Below, one piece after another: positions 13,635 through 27,089 of a stretch of 64,000 nt of DNA. The first letter of the stretch is position 1. Each line of letters starts with the position of its first letter. The notes below the pieces were generated by a model that ran no database searches, was not told the origin of the DNA, and saw only the letters and a program-made list of their open reading frames with translations. A program made the translations under genes and the position numbers. Origin of the DNA: Glaucostegus cemiculus (lineage: Eukaryota); the NCBI GenBank assembly GCA_976551045.1, contig CDPCPM010000280.1:3100001-3164000 (forward strand), written 5' to 3'.

Positions 13635-15414
13635 GAGGCTATTCATGTGAAAACAGGGAGCTCTCCCTGGTGTCCTGCCCAATACTTACCCCATAATCCA
13701 ACCTTGCTAAACATATTATCAGCTCACTTTCACATTGCTGTTTGCAGTGACCTTGCAGTTCTCAAACTGTCTACAAGGATTTATAAATATAAATTTATAT
13801 TTCTAATTATAGAGAATATAGTCCAAAAACTGCTTCATGCCAAGACATTTTTAAGTGCAATTTCTGTCATTATGGATACTGAAGTATCTTAAGGATTTAG
13901 AATCCCAGCAAAATGTTTCATTATATTAGGCCATTTATAATCAATTTAACGTCTCCAAATATTTAGCTTAAACGCTGCAGAGAGCACTTCCTTGCTCACA
14001 GTTAACCTTCCAATTGTATGATTTCTAGAATCTGCTTTCAAGCTCCCAATTAAACCCCTTCACATCATTACCAGTAACGACACACAGATATTTTCAAAAA
14101 CAGATCTATTGGAGAGCAGTGTAGATTCCACCTTTCGCTAATCCTGAAGCTTATTGTAGGATTTATACCAACATCCAAAGTGAAATGACCAAACTCATCA
14201 TTGTCGATTGGCCAAAAATGATCAGAACGGTTCATTTTCATATGAATAATGAATTTGCTTATGCAACCATTACAGAATGTTCACTTACACTTTTAAGTTG
14301 ATCCTCCATTGCATTACTTGAGGCTGTGATCTGTTAAATTCGAGTTATGCTAAACCCAAACCTCTCCATTTAAATACCTTGTTCATGTGCTAATCTATAA
14401 AGAAATAGTCTAACAAAATAAATCTGGGGAAATGCTGTCACTTACAACTTCTGAGGGCAGTTTTAATTGCTTGCAAATTTCTTGCTGCAGTTTAGAAAAG
14501 ATCAAAATAAAATGACTAACTTCCTTTTCTTTATAACAGGAATCTTTTTCAGAGACAGATACCTTGAGGTGCACTTCTTCCACACGAACTGATAACATTT
14601 TCTGAATTTGTTGGATTGGGCCAGATTGAGATCCGATGTGGGCAGCGGTTCTGTAGGGAACCATGGCCCATCTACTCTCTGATATTTGTCTCATTCTCTA
14701 CCGCAAAGTGGAAGTTGGAAATGCATTGGGAGCATCAAACCTGTTCTGCCACTGGAATAACACTGAATTTAGATCATACCTAGCTGAGGGAATGGAAGCA
14801 CTTTGCATACAACCCCTCGGCTTTACACCAAGGACAGCCGGCGCACAAATGGTGAACCAATTGACCTAAATTATGTAAATGACTCACTAAAAGGTAGTTT
14901 AGATAATTTTTATGTGTACTTCTATCACTTTATTTTGAAATTAATTAACAGTAGGTTCAGTCATTTAAAATTAAATATATTATGTTTTGATTTTAACTAC
15001 TTGAAAAATAATTTTCAATTCTAATTATTTAAATACATTTAAACTGTTTGTAAATATCTCAAACTTACTAGAGACATTTGAAACCAGTTAAAGTTGCCTT
15101 TGAAGGTAGTGAGCTGAATTCAAGGCCTCAGGTTCTGCCATTTGAGGCCTAGTTGTTACTTGTAGCCTTGTTGGCCTCATGAAAGGGCCATAGTAGTGAA
15201 GTTTCCAGTGCAAATAATCCTGCAGGTGCTGCAGTATTTAAGAGTGGCAGCCACAGGATTAGCACACAGACCAATTGTGGGCGATGGATTGAAATGAGAA
15301 CATAATCTACATCATTTCAGGCTAAGGTACAGGACGCTGAGCATAAGACTCATCCAGGGTGAGACGGTTCACTAGGAAGCTGAGCTCAATTATTTTTAAA
15401 CATTTTGATTCCTA

Positions 15415-15552
<138 letters not shown>

Positions 15553-17381
15553 TTATGAGATACAAGTACATCCATGGTTGATTTACTTCCTCTGTGGGGT
15601 ACACCTGTGATGCTGTGAATCAAGTAACTGCCTTAAGGTGGCTGATGTTCATGACTGGAGTTAAAGTGAATATTGACAATTGCATTTCTTTAGCCTGGCA
15701 GAAGACTTACTGCAAGTTCTTTTATTGAGATTTTCTTGCAACTTTAGTTTCAAAAGGCTTTATCTGTCTACAGTTTGTGGTACATACCAAAGACCATAGC
15801 TTTGACCTTCTCATACTTTAACTCAAGGGAACTGTGGCTCATCCAAGAGCGGATCTCATCCAAGCAATTTGACTACATGGCGGCAGTGGAATGATTGAAA
15901 TGGCAGGGAATTGGAGCTGAATACCATTGGTGAACAAGAAGAACTTGGCCCCATGTTGTACATCATGTCAATGAGGAAAGGAACTGAGCAACCTCTTCAG
16001 GAGACTCCAGAGATAATTAGGACTTGATAGGCATGTGAGATAATAAGCAGCAGGGTACAGGGAAATTAGGGGAAAATGTGTCACTTGTGCAAGTTGCATG
16101 AGGTCTGTGACTTTTCTTCTCCTATTCCTAGGTGCATTTGAATCACCAATACATGAAGGAGCCTGAGCATATGTGCAGCAGATGCTACAAATGTACTCAT
16201 GCAAAGGTAGGCCTTCCCAGTGTTTACTGAGGATCTGTCTGAGGAGACCTCAGACTGCAGGATTTGATGCTGGGGAAATGTTTCATATAGGTCCCTGTAA
16301 ATAAAATACTTATGTAGCAACATCTCTCCCTCAGGCACTCCACCAATCCATATTGATTCCTGGGCACCCACCCTTCATCTGATGCCAAGATGTTGAGTCC
16401 CTTCCCATGCTCACCAATCCCCAATAGCCAAACCTGACAGCTGTTCTCCAGTTCCTTCCCCCTTGCTACTGACCCATTTTCTAATCTCCATCTTTGACCA
16501 CAAACTCTGGCTCCCTACCTTCAGATCTCTTTCGATCCCTTCCATTCGTGGTTTCTGTCCTCTTACCAAACCCTGACCATTTCTCCACTGGTGATCTCCA
16601 ATCCTCTCCCCACCCCGAGGCACCTCTCTCTTCCAACCCCATCCACCCTATGCACAACACAGCTGGAATTGTGAAGCAAGTTTTCCTTAAGTCTCATCCT
16701 GCCAAATTTTGCAGCAATGGACTGAGGAAACAATTATTGGACTGCTTTGCACCATCTGATTAACACGCCTCTACCATCAGAGTTCATTATCTAGGCTAGT
16801 TTCTGCTGCAGAAAACTAAACTTGCGATTAATAAATCAAATTAAAATTCCAGGGGAGTTTCTTTCCCCAAAGAGTGGTTCATTTGTGGAACTTGCAGTGC
16901 AACTCACAAACATGTGGAATTGTGAGGGAATGACAGATTTATATAGGGGCAAGTTAGCTAACTCCATGAAGGAGAAATGAATAACAGCAATGCTGACAGG
17001 ATGCAATGACGTAGTCTGGGCAGAAGTGCATGTGAAACATGTATATCAGCATGTAATAGGTGAGCCATGTGCACTGTCTGCATAATGTGCAGATTGGGAG
17101 GTTAATTGGTCAATATAAAATTGCCCCCCCCCCCCCCCCCACCATGTGCAGGTGAGAGGGGGAAATTAACTAGAACGTGGGCAGGATAAAATGGGATTAG
17201 TGTAATAGATTCTTGATGCTGAATGGGAACTTGGTGGGCCAAAGGGCTTGTATCACTGCTATGTGATTTTATATATAACTTGATGTCAGGAGTGATTGCT
17301 GCAGCGTGTGGATAGAAACTCTGGAGTTTCTGTTGGCAGTCGATCTGGAAGATGAAGCTGTGGTAGCTGGGCACCTCTAAC

Positions 17382-17551
17382 CTGCACGTGTAACGCTCCT
17401 TTCCTTTGCGGAGTATGGCATCAGACAGTGTGGATGGGGGCGATCGGAAGTTGAAGCCATGGTGGGGAGAAGGTTGCAGAGCACCCATGGTGTCCATTTT
17501 CAATGTACCAAAACTCTCCAGCTTTTCTGTCATAGTCTCCATAGCAGCCAT
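17382..17551 (-). CDS. PRDM16: PRDM16 exon 11 (170 bp): MAAMETMTEKLESFGTLKMDTMGALQPSPHHGFNFRSPPSTLSDAILRKGKERYTCR
   Basis: Acceptor ttttacag|ATG and donor TGCAG|gttaga. LRKGKERYTCR precedes the C-terminal finger cluster. Confidence 0.95.
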
Positions 17552-17659
17552 CTGTAAAAGATCACAACATAATTTCCAAGCTACAAACTTGGAGGGAAAG
17601 GCAAGGGAAAGAACAATTTAGGGCTGTCCTTATCAGATACACCAGCACAAAGCAATTTC

Positions 17660-18010
17660 CATACAATCATAGCAAAGAGGAACAGGCCATTCAGTTCCTC
17701 AAACTACCACTGCCATTCAATGTATCATGGATGATTTACAGATTGACCCAATTTACCCACCTTTCTGCATAATGCTCAATACCCTTTTGGAACAAGGGTC
17801 TTTCAAGTCCAGTCTTGAAAGTTTTGGTTGAACTTCCCCAATATTCATAGCATTTTGGTTAAAAATGATGCACATCTTAAATACCCACTGTGTGAAAATT
17901 CCTTCTCAATTTCCTTCCCAAATACTTTGTTTCTAATTTTAAGATGCTAACTTCCTATTCTGGATTCACCCGCTAAAGGAGATTGCTTTTTAGATCTAGA
18001 CTATTGATGC
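17660..18010 (-). mobile_element. Decayed CR1 3' fragment
   Basis: ggaacaggccattcag...ccactgccattcaat...atcatgg is the reverse complement of a CR1 3' UTR. Confidence 0.5.
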
Positions 18011-18861
18011 AGTCAATAGCATGACTCATACTGATTCCTGGTTCCTGTGCTCTACCGTTCTATGTTCTATAACCAGGTGACCCTGTGTGTCAATAGCTGA
18101 CCTCATAAACCAGGTTTAATATTGCACTGGACTGACGCTCCAAGCAGCAGCAACTGAAGCATGTAAGATTGTCTTCACCCTTCCTTTCTGCTTCATGCCT
18201 TTCTAGAATCAGGTGGGGCCTACACTAGTCGAGCATCAGTGTTAAAATAAAGTTGCCATGTGACAGTGGTAAAGCTCCAGTACAGAGGTCCCCCTAGAAT
18301 CAGTTTGATTGACTGGATCTTGGTCAAAAACTGTCAGTTCGCAGTGGTCACTGTCTCATGCACATGTAGAACTTCACAACACCCTCAACTCTAAACAATG
18401 TCCCAAGTGATCCCGGATAGTGAGTGTCAAGAGAATGTTCAATGACCCTCAAATACATACTGATCAATGTTGTGAACCCAGACTGAACTTTCACTTCTTT
18501 AACTCAGAGATACAAAACTTTTAGCTAGCTCAGTCCTATCTGATATGTAAAATAGTGCAAACAAAATACCTATGTATATTTATACAATATATACAATATA
18601 CATATGTCAGATTGCAATTAAAAGTCATGGGAACCTCTTAGTTAAAAAAGTCTTTATTCCTAAAACATCAAGCATAAAATAAATACTGCCTTAATTGTTT
18701 AAGGAGTGTTTGCAAACAAAAGTGCAGATAAAAGGCGAAATAAACAGACAACCAAGAAAAGGGTTCTGAAAATAAGGAATGACTAAAAAAACTGAAAATA
18801 TGTGACACAAAATTACTGTATTAAGGATTAATTTTTAACCTGTTCACATGACATACATGTC

Positions 18862-19245
18862 AGCCTTGGCTCAGTAGCACTCTCAGCTCTGAGTCAGAAG
18901 GTTATGGGTTTAAGCCCCACTTCAGGAATTGAGCACATAATTTGGCATGACACTCCAATGCTGTTTCAGAGGTGCTGTCTTTCAGCTGAGACTTCAAACT
19001 ATATGCCTATTCAAGTGGATGTAAACATTCCCACAGCACTATTCAAAGTAACAAAATTCTCCTGGTACCCTGGCCAACTTTTATCCCACACAGTTATTTA
19101 TTTATATCTGTGGAACTTACTGTGGCAAATTGGCTGCGGAGTTGCTTACATAACGCCAGTAACCACACTTGAAAAAAAATTAATTAATTGACATCCTTGA
19201 GACAACTGAGGAGGTGAAAGATTCAGTATCGCTGCAAATCTTGTT
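18862..19245 (+). mobile_element. tRNA-derived Deu-domain SINE (SacSINE1-like)
   Basis: Head tggctcagtagcactctc..ctgagtcagaaggttatgggtttaagcccc; core aggtgctgtctttcagctgagac..aagtggatgtaaacattcccacagcactatt..cctggccaac. Confidence 0.7.
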
Positions 19246-19339
19246 TTGTCCCATGATGCTTAAATAGCAGCTAGGCAGGCAAGAATTCACTGGCCCATTT
19301 CTGCACAGGAACTTCCAGAACATCATGTTGCTCCCCTAG

Positions 19340-19945
19340 TGCCAGGATATCACTAGATAAGCTGCAAAACATTCTGAAGGGTAAAGCAAACAGCTGGAGG
19401 CAGTAGTTCATTGTGGTTCCAATGACATAGGTAAAAACGAAGTATTGAGTTCCTGCAGGTCTGGTTTAAGGAGTTAGGAAAGAGATTAAGAAGCAGGATC
19501 TCTAAATTAGTAAACTCTAAATTACTCCCTGTGCCATGTGCCACTAGGTGTAACATAGGAGGACAGTGCAGGTGAATGTGTGGCTGGAGATGGTGCAGAA
19601 TTGAGACTTGTTGTTTCCTGGGACTTTAGGACTACTCAGGGGAAGGGTGTACTTGTGCAGGCCAGACGTTTTTCACTTCAACAGGTCTGGGACCAAGATC
19701 CTTGTGGCTGGATTTGCTAATGCTGTTGGAGGATTTGAATAAGTTTGACAAGGGATGGCAAACTGAACAAAGATCCTGATGGAAATAAAGCAATTTTGGA
19801 AATAGAAGGCATAAAGTTAATGAGAGAGTTTGAAAGGCTATGAAGGCAAAAGTTAGAAAATAGACATAAAATGGCATCTGGCTTAATTAGTGGAACATGG
19901 TTAAATGCGAGGGGTAGAGTGAATAAGGCAGGTGTGTAAGGATAT
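19340..19945 (+). mobile_element. CR1 internal fragment: ORF1 esterase-like region and start of ORF2
   Basis: ELGKRLRSRISKLVNSKLLPVP resembles the CR1 ORF1 SGNH-esterase region. WLNARGRVNKA resembles the endonuclease N-terminal NARS..NK motif. Confidence 0.6.
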
Positions 19946-20164
19946 TCCACAACACGTAAAGCAAAATACAGTGTCCTGGACTGGGGCTGGGTCCTGATTT
20001 GTGCGGGGAAGGAAAGCGAGCTGATGATTGGTTGTCCATTTGGAGCCTAGGGTTGTAGAGGTGGTGGTTGGAGGTGGGGGGGGTGGTGTTGGAAATTGAG
20101 GTCTGAGTTCAGAGGCTGGGGCATGGGGAATGTTGATGTAATTGGTAGAAGAATTAGATGGGAG

Positions 20165-20390
20165 AAGAGGATAGATTTTTGCACCCTCAGGGTGGTAGGT
20201 GTCTGGAACTTATTACCTGTAAGGGAGGTTGAGGGAGGAACCCCCAACACAATAAAACAGTACTTGGATGTACACTCGAAGAGCTGTGACCTGCAGGGTC
20301 ACAAACTTGCTACTGGCAGGTGGGATAAGGCTTGGATACTTGACCAGCATGTATATGATGGGCTGAATAGCCTTTCTATGTTGTAAGCTT
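20165..20390 (+). mobile_element. CR1 3' fragment
   Basis: RVVGVWNLLP motif and the 3'-UTR sequence gatgggctgaatagcct. Confidence 0.7.
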
Positions 20391-20764
20391 TCGATGAAAA
20401 AATCTTTCCTTATAAACTGGTTGACAGATACCAGAGATCAGTCACTCCCAGTTTCTACCTCAGCACCACTTGCTTTTAAGGGAGAATCACTGACAGATGT
20501 TTCAGGACCAGTGCTAGCTTTTGAAGCATTCAGCTGATTTATTTTACTAATTTTTTCTCCATCCTTGGAAATTAACTTTCAATTGCAACAAGTACGTTTC
20601 AGAAATATTACCAAATTCCTAATGAGCTTTTCTTAATTTTCATGCATTGTTTTCAATAATTCTCTCACTAAAGACTTTTTAAACAAGATAGTTGATCTGA
20701 TTTTTGCAACAATTTAAAGATGTTTTCAGTCTTCTTTTCTCTTCTGGAGGTGTTGATCTTACTA

Positions 20765-21060
20765 TTGAAGGAATCTAAGATAAGGAGCTACAGTCTTAAA
20801 ATCAGAGCCAGATAACTGAAGAGAGGAATGAGGAAACCCTTATTTTTAGAAAGGCTGACAGAAGATATGAATTCTTCCCTATAAAAAAGCAGTTGATAGT
20901 ATTTTAATTCATTTTAAATCTAAGGTTGGTAGATTTTATTGGCTGGGACAAAAGGAATGGAGCCAAGGCACCTACGTGGAAATAGAATTCAGATCAAACA
21001 GGATCTCACTGCATGGTGCAACAGATTCAAGAGGATTCATGATCTACTGTTCATATGTAT
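20765..21060 (+). mobile_element. Highly decayed CR1 3' fragment
   Basis: Degenerate CR1 3' motifs (cagtcttaaaatcagagcc, gatctcactgcatggtgcaacag). Confidence 0.45.
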
Positions 21061-21149
21061 CTGCGCAAAGGATCACAGCCAGGCCTGATCTAGTTCCTTC
21101 CTGATGTCCGCACACACATTGATCCTCAAAAAGAAATGGAAAACACCCA

Positions 21150-21480
21150 TTTGATCAATACATTCTTCGCATGCCCCAAAACATTTCACAGCCAATTAAT
21201 CTGTTTCTGTTTTGAAGTGCAGCATCCTGTGAGATGAATGAGCAACTAATTGTTGCTGGGATTGAGTGGGAGGTAAATGTTGACAGGACAATTTCCCTGC
21301 TGTTATCTGAATAGCGTAATGGGTTCCTTATGTTCACACTTCACCCTGTGACAGTGCTGCACCTTTTTAGTACCACACTGGTACCATCCAGATAATGGGA
21401 AAAAGTTCTTCAATAGAGCTCAAGTCCATTGTCTTCATTCTCAAGAGATGAGACTGTTACCACATGAGAGCAAGGTTGAG
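21150..21480 (-). mobile_element. Deu-domain SINE copy, decayed
   Basis: Reverse complement of the same core (gaggtaaatgttgacaggaca, atgggttccttatgttcac, gacagtgctgcacct). Confidence 0.55.
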
Positions 21481-22396
21481 TTAATGTGTAGAGTCAGGAG
21501 TGTGATCTCTTGCTGCTTTTCACCCTTCCTATCCCAGGGAGTTGAGGTAATTCAGCCCCTCCCCATTGGAAAATAGTCTGATTTCTTTTTACACAAAGGT
21601 GATTAAATGAGCGACAAGAATAGAAGCAAATATCTTTAAGGCTCTTACAACCAACACTTAAAGGAACACACTCCCCCACTTTCAGAAACTCTGTTTCACT
21701 CAGATTACACACTTCATTTGTTTACAGTCTTAGGCAGGCACAGACAGATCCATCATCAAATAAGGCTGCAATGAACAGTCACTTCTTGACTTTCTTCCAA
21801 AATAAAGCAAATGGAAATTAAGATAACAGCCGAGAATAGTTTGTACAAGCTGGACAGAGAGCGTTGCATTTTATTGTAAGGACTCATTTTTAAAACAAAT
21901 AGGATTAGCCTAAGATAAGGATGTTAAAATCAAATGGAGAATATTAGAAAGGATTTGTAGGTGGGTCCACCCTGGGTCCCTCCCTTGCACCTGTTCCAAC
22001 TTACAAAGTTCCAGTTAGACTACACTGTGAACTTTATGTCCAGTCATTATGACACAATTGAAATTTACAGCTTCTGGAAGAAGTGCAGAGAACACTCATA
22101 AGGCTGATCTCCATTCTTAAGTATCTGAGTTACAAGGAAACATCAGAATACCAAGCTTGTTTTAAAACGAAGATGTTTTAAAAGTAATGGAGATCCACAA
22201 GACTGTAAATTCTACAAAAATTTGCAGATTTACTTCAAGCGGTAAGTGTAGGAGAAAGAATCATGGTGTCAGCTGGGATACTGGCAGGATGTGCAATAAT
22301 CAGTTTTAATCCCAATGCAGAGGGAAGGTTTGGCCAAAGTTCCTGGACCTCATTGTTCTCCTTTTGGAGGCATGGGTCAGGTGGAGGGGATGGGAT

Positions 22397-22992
22397 GTAG
22401 AACTGTAAAGAAGTAGAAGTTAAACTCAAGTAAAAATGTGGAACCTTGGCCTAAGTGAAAAAATAGAGCATTAGTCTAAATAAATACATATACATTTAGC
22501 CCAAGTGGAACTGTAACCCTTGTAGAACTAGTTTTTGAGGATTCAGAACTGCAGCCCAAGTTAAACACATAGTATTTTAACCCAAGTGAGGGTATAGACC
22601 CATAGCCCAATTAAAACTGAGAACCTTAGCCCAAATAAAGACACCGAACCATAGCTGAATTAAAGTATTAGAATTTAGTCAAATTAAAGACACTGTGCTA
22701 TAGCCTAAGCCAAAGGAGTAGAACCATAGTCCAAGTAAAGATACAGAACATGAGGATGTAGAACCACAGTTCAAGTGAAGATGTAAAACGGTAACCAAAG
22801 TGAAGACGCAGAACTGTAACCCAGATGAAGATGTAGACTCTTAAACCTTGAACGTGAATAGCTATAGGCCAATTTAAGATATAGAATCTTAACCCAAGTA
22901 ACAATGTATACCCTCATCCAAATGAAGACATAGAAATTTAGTACAGGTAAAGGTACATTGCCCAGCTAAAGAAGCTTATGTATAGCCCAGGT
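22397..22992. repeat. Degenerate ~25-bp tandem repeat (consensus about GTAGAACCATAGCCCAAGTAAAGAT), roughly two dozen units
   Basis: Consecutive units gtagaaccacagttcaagtgaagat / gtaaaacggtaaccaaagtgaagac / gcagaactgtaacccagatgaagat. Confidence 0.8.
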
Positions 22993-23169
22993 AATAATGG
23001 GGCGTAAAATTGGATATTGCTGGAAAATGGGCCCAGAATTCCCAATGGAAGATTAGCTTGTGCCTCCCCGGTATGTAAACTAGTGGATGGTGAGCAGGGA
23101 TTATAGTGAATCCATATTATTAGAGATATAGCGAAAAATATGGTGCCAAAATGAGTCCAATTTTGTGGC

Positions 23170-23490
23170 CATAGAACAATCCTTGTATTTCCTTATGACA
23201 AAGGGGTAGGCCAATCAACTATTGAGTCTATGGTGACTCCTAGAGAAATCCCATTCACCCATTTACCTCCCTGCAACCAATCCTTCTCACTTGCTGATCC
23301 CACTCACCTACACCTGAAATAATTTTACAGTTGTTTAATCTACCAATCAACGTGTCTTTGAGATGTGGGACAAAATTGGAGAACCTGGAGGAACCTTTGC
23401 AGTCACAGGGAGAAACTACACATAGACAGTCATGATCAAATCCATGTTACTGGAGCTGTGAGGAACTGCAACAGTGTGACCCTACCTCGG
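23170..23490 (-). mobile_element. Older V-SINE copy
   Basis: gtgtctttgagatgtgggacaaaattggagaacctggaggaacc...cacagggagaa matches the V-domain of the 43361-43616 SINE. Confidence 0.65.
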
Positions 23491-25289
23491 GGAACGATTC
23501 TGAACAACACACCTCTTAATAAAAATGTCCTACTTGCAAAAGAAGGGAAAGAAATGTAGTAGAGTAATTTCATGGAAAAAGAAGGAATAAGCTAAAAACT
23601 AAGAGTTATGTTAGAGACAAAGTGATCTCCTTCAACAGCTGGATCCACGAAGTAGTTTGTTGCAAGAAAAACATGCTTGGGTCACTATTAGTGATAAAAT
23701 TGGAAGGGAAGTGGTGGGGAAACAAACATCAAGAAGCAGGGAAATTAAACATTACCCCCTTTTAAGAACTGAATTGTGTGAGTGTGGGTCAAGCTCTAAG
23801 TGTCCTGCCTTTTGAATTGAATAGCTTGCTTAGAATGCACAATAGCAGAGAGGCTAAACACTTCCCTTATAGATCTGCACATGACATCATCTCCAAACAG
23901 CAGGAAAGCTGTAGGAAACCATATATCAACTACTATATTTTCTACAGTACAAATATGAGTAACCTTCCTCAGACCTTTTGCATGCTGTACAGCTATTAAA
24001 CAGGCTCTGGGGAATACAGTGCCACAAAACTGTTTAAAAGTTTTTATTCGATCAACACGCAGTGTGATGAAGTGGCATTTGTGGAAACATAGACTCTTCT
24101 TTGATATTTCCTTTGTTTTATTATTTTTTTCCAGCAAAATACTTTAAGCACAAAAAAAAGACTAAGTACACTTTGCAGCTCAAAAAAACAAACATAGTAA
24201 TTTCTGCATCCACTTGCAGAAGGGGCCACAACCAGAATCTGGGAATTATAAAGATAACATGCCTTTGCTTCATTCCAATAGCAAGGTTCAAACATACCAA
24301 ATACAGAAAGGACTGCAAAGGGAAAAAACTGAGCACCTCAATGATTTTTACCTTTGGTCACCACTCTTTGCTGATTTAACTGCTCTCAGTTAGTAAATCT
24401 TGGAAGCTTCTGCAATTTGTTTTCAGTGGGTTATGGAAGGGAATATAAGCCAGTGCTCTGAAAGATGTTTTAAGAACACAAGGAAGCATCTAACCCATTA
24501 TGACTGTGTCATAAAGCAATCCAAAGCTTCCCTGTGTGGCTTTCTCCCCAAGGATCTGTCGCTTTCTCTCTTTCAGATACTTAGCCATTTTTCCTGTGAA
24601 AGGTACACGGGACTCTCAGCTGCTTCTGTTCTAAAGCTCACCATCCTCTTGCACCTATTTACTAAAGAAGTTTTTTTTAACTGCTTCCCCTCTTTACCAG
24701 ATCTCAAGTGACTCTTTTCGTTCATGCTCCTGATGCGCTGATTTCTCTTCACTGGCCCACCAATTTAAAGGGTACATGTTTAGTGAGGAATAGGATGAAT
24801 ATTGAACTTAGCTGTGATGATAGGCATTGCAAGGTATGATGGAGCAGCCTCTAAAACTCGAGGTCCCTATGGGAAGAATGGGTACATACTGAGGTTCCCT
24901 GGATGTAATTTGGAGAGTGATAAGACAGATCAACTCCCTTTCATAGGTGAGGTTTATGGCAAATGAAGTGACAATTGGTTTAAAAGTGAAAGTGCCAGTA
25001 GGGTGCTGCCATTATTTTGGCCACACTTAAACAGTCATGAATGACAAGAACTTGGTGTGCTTGGCAAGTGCCATCAAATTCCTCTAGGATCAAACACTAA
25101 TGAGGGCAAGTCAAACTACAATCTCTGTACAATAGGTAGGATTGATTATCTTTCTTTCAACACACTGCTTTGGTTTGGAGGTTCTTTGAGCTTCTGGCTC
25201 CACTTATATAGCGGATGTTAATTATTCCTGAATTAGATACATTCTGAAGTTAATGGTAAGGCAAATAAAAGAGTGGAAAATGAAAAGTA

Positions 25290-25420
25290 AATAACCTGCA
25301 GATGCTGGAAATTTAAAATAAAATCAGAAAATGCTGGAAACACTCAGCAGGTCAGGTAGCATCTGTGGAAAGAGATGCAGACTTAATGTTTCAGGTCAAA
25401 GAAACTTTGTCAGAACTGGG
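25290..25420 (+). repeat. Interspersed repeat, possibly a Penelope-like terminal repeat fragment; related copies at about 55745-55850 (+) and 62260-62390 (-)
   Basis: ctgcagatgctggaa...aaatgctggaaacactcagcaggtcaggtagcatctgtggaaagag...gtttcaggtc recurs within the window. Family assignment is from memory. Confidence 0.55.
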
Positions 25421-26682
25421 AGGGTTAGATGGGACAAAAGGAAATAAAACTAATTGTTGTTTCTCAGTCCCAGTCCTTTTGACTCAAAATATTAACTTTT
25501 TTTCTCTTCAGTGACCCTCTGAAAAAGTTCTTTGTAACTCCACCTTCTGATGGTGGAGGAACTGCCTTCTGCCTCTCCTCTTTTGCATGCAGAATTTTAA
25601 AGTCTCCTTGTGTTGGCATAATGCCAGATGAGTTTCTAACATAGCATCAAGGCAGATTTTACAGAGCAATATTTCTGGAAATGAAGGCTCAAGCCAAACT
25701 GCCAGAAAGCAATAGTTGCTGCTTCCCACTTTGACAAGACAGTAAAAACATTCTGAAGGCAACTTTCTGTGGCTACCAGGTGAGATATAACTACATGTCC
25801 GACTTACCTCAGAGTGACACTAGACCACATGACAACCTTCAGAGTACATTGAACGAAAGGAGCCAGGAGGATGAATTCAAGTGTCAACTTGATCCAGAAG
25901 CTTGCAAGCACCAGTTGGTAAGCATGAATGTATACGCTACAAACATCTGCAATGGCCATTCATTACTTAATAGCTGAAAACTTTGTACTGGTATGGACCA
26001 GAAAAGTTGTACCTGACTTGAATATGTCCAACTGAATAGTGCAATGCAGTGTATCACTGAACTGTCAACCAATTCAATGTCCCAACTTTCTATGCTGGCA
26101 AATATTGCTCCCCCATCCACCCACCAGGACGCTGCCTCCCTATACCAAATGCGACGCACTGTTTCCACTTGATTCTTTGAACTTGTTCAAACTCTTCTGG
26201 ACCCACACCCCAATTTCACTCTTATCAAACTTGGAAAGGCAAATAGAAATCATGAGAAGGCACAAACAAATATCTATTAAAAGTTCAGTTGCAAAAAGAC
26301 TCTGACTTTGATTTTCCACATAGGTTATGGAGTTCTCTATTGTATTTGCATCGGCCAAGGTAGGTGTGGATATTTGATGCACAAATGGAAAACAAAACTT
26401 CTGAAGTATGTAGTCATGATAATTAGGAACAGAACAGAAAGTGGAATACATGACAATTCATTGCCTGACCTACAAACATGGTAGAAGTATCACAGTGATC
26501 CCCCCTGTCACAATTAAATATCTAAATGTAAAAGTATAGCTGTTGCTCCAGAGCTACACCAGACATGTGAAAACCACACTGACCAAACACCAATGTCTTT
26601 CTTTTGTCCCTGTTACCCAGATAAAATTAGATCAGGAGCAGGAAACTGATTTCTCCCCTCTCTGATTTAGGAATGTTCCAGA

Positions 26683-27020
26683 CATGGAGAATGTGGATGG
26701 TGGCAGTCTTTTCCCTGGGGTAGGGGAGTCCAAAAGTAGGTGGCATAGGTTTAGGATGAGAGGGGAAAGATTTAAAAGAGACTTGAGGGGCAACTTTTCC
26801 ATGTAGAGGGTGGTGACTATATGGATATATGGAATGAGCTGCCAGAGGAAGTGGTTGAGGCAGGTGCAATAGTATCACTTAAGAAGTACTTGGATAGATA
26901 CATGCAGGCGCTTAGAGAGATATGGGCCAAACACAGGAAATTGGGACTGGATGGGTGGTCACCACGGTCAGCATGGACTCGGGCTGAAGGTTCTGTATCC
27001 ATGCTGTATTGCTCTATGAC
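26683..27020 (+). mobile_element. CR1 LINE 3' fragment
   Basis: ctttttccctggggtagggg...tggaatgagctgccagaggaagtggttgaggcagg...gggctgaaggttctgtatccatgctgtattgctctatgac, similar to the 3' end at 45440-45693. Confidence 0.85.
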
Positions 27021-27089
27021 CATGGCATTGACTTGAGGACATTTACTCCTTGATTTTAAAATCAGCATCATTTTTTCCCCATATCCTTG

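Noticed and set aside
17124-17140. Poly-C run giving a poly-Gly stretch in ORF 17102..17551
   Set aside because: Intronic homopolymer beyond the exon 11 donor; the ORF extension is intron read-through.
22397-22992. CRISPR-like array
   Set aside because: Units are contiguous degenerate repeats with no unique spacers and no cas genes, in a vertebrate intron.
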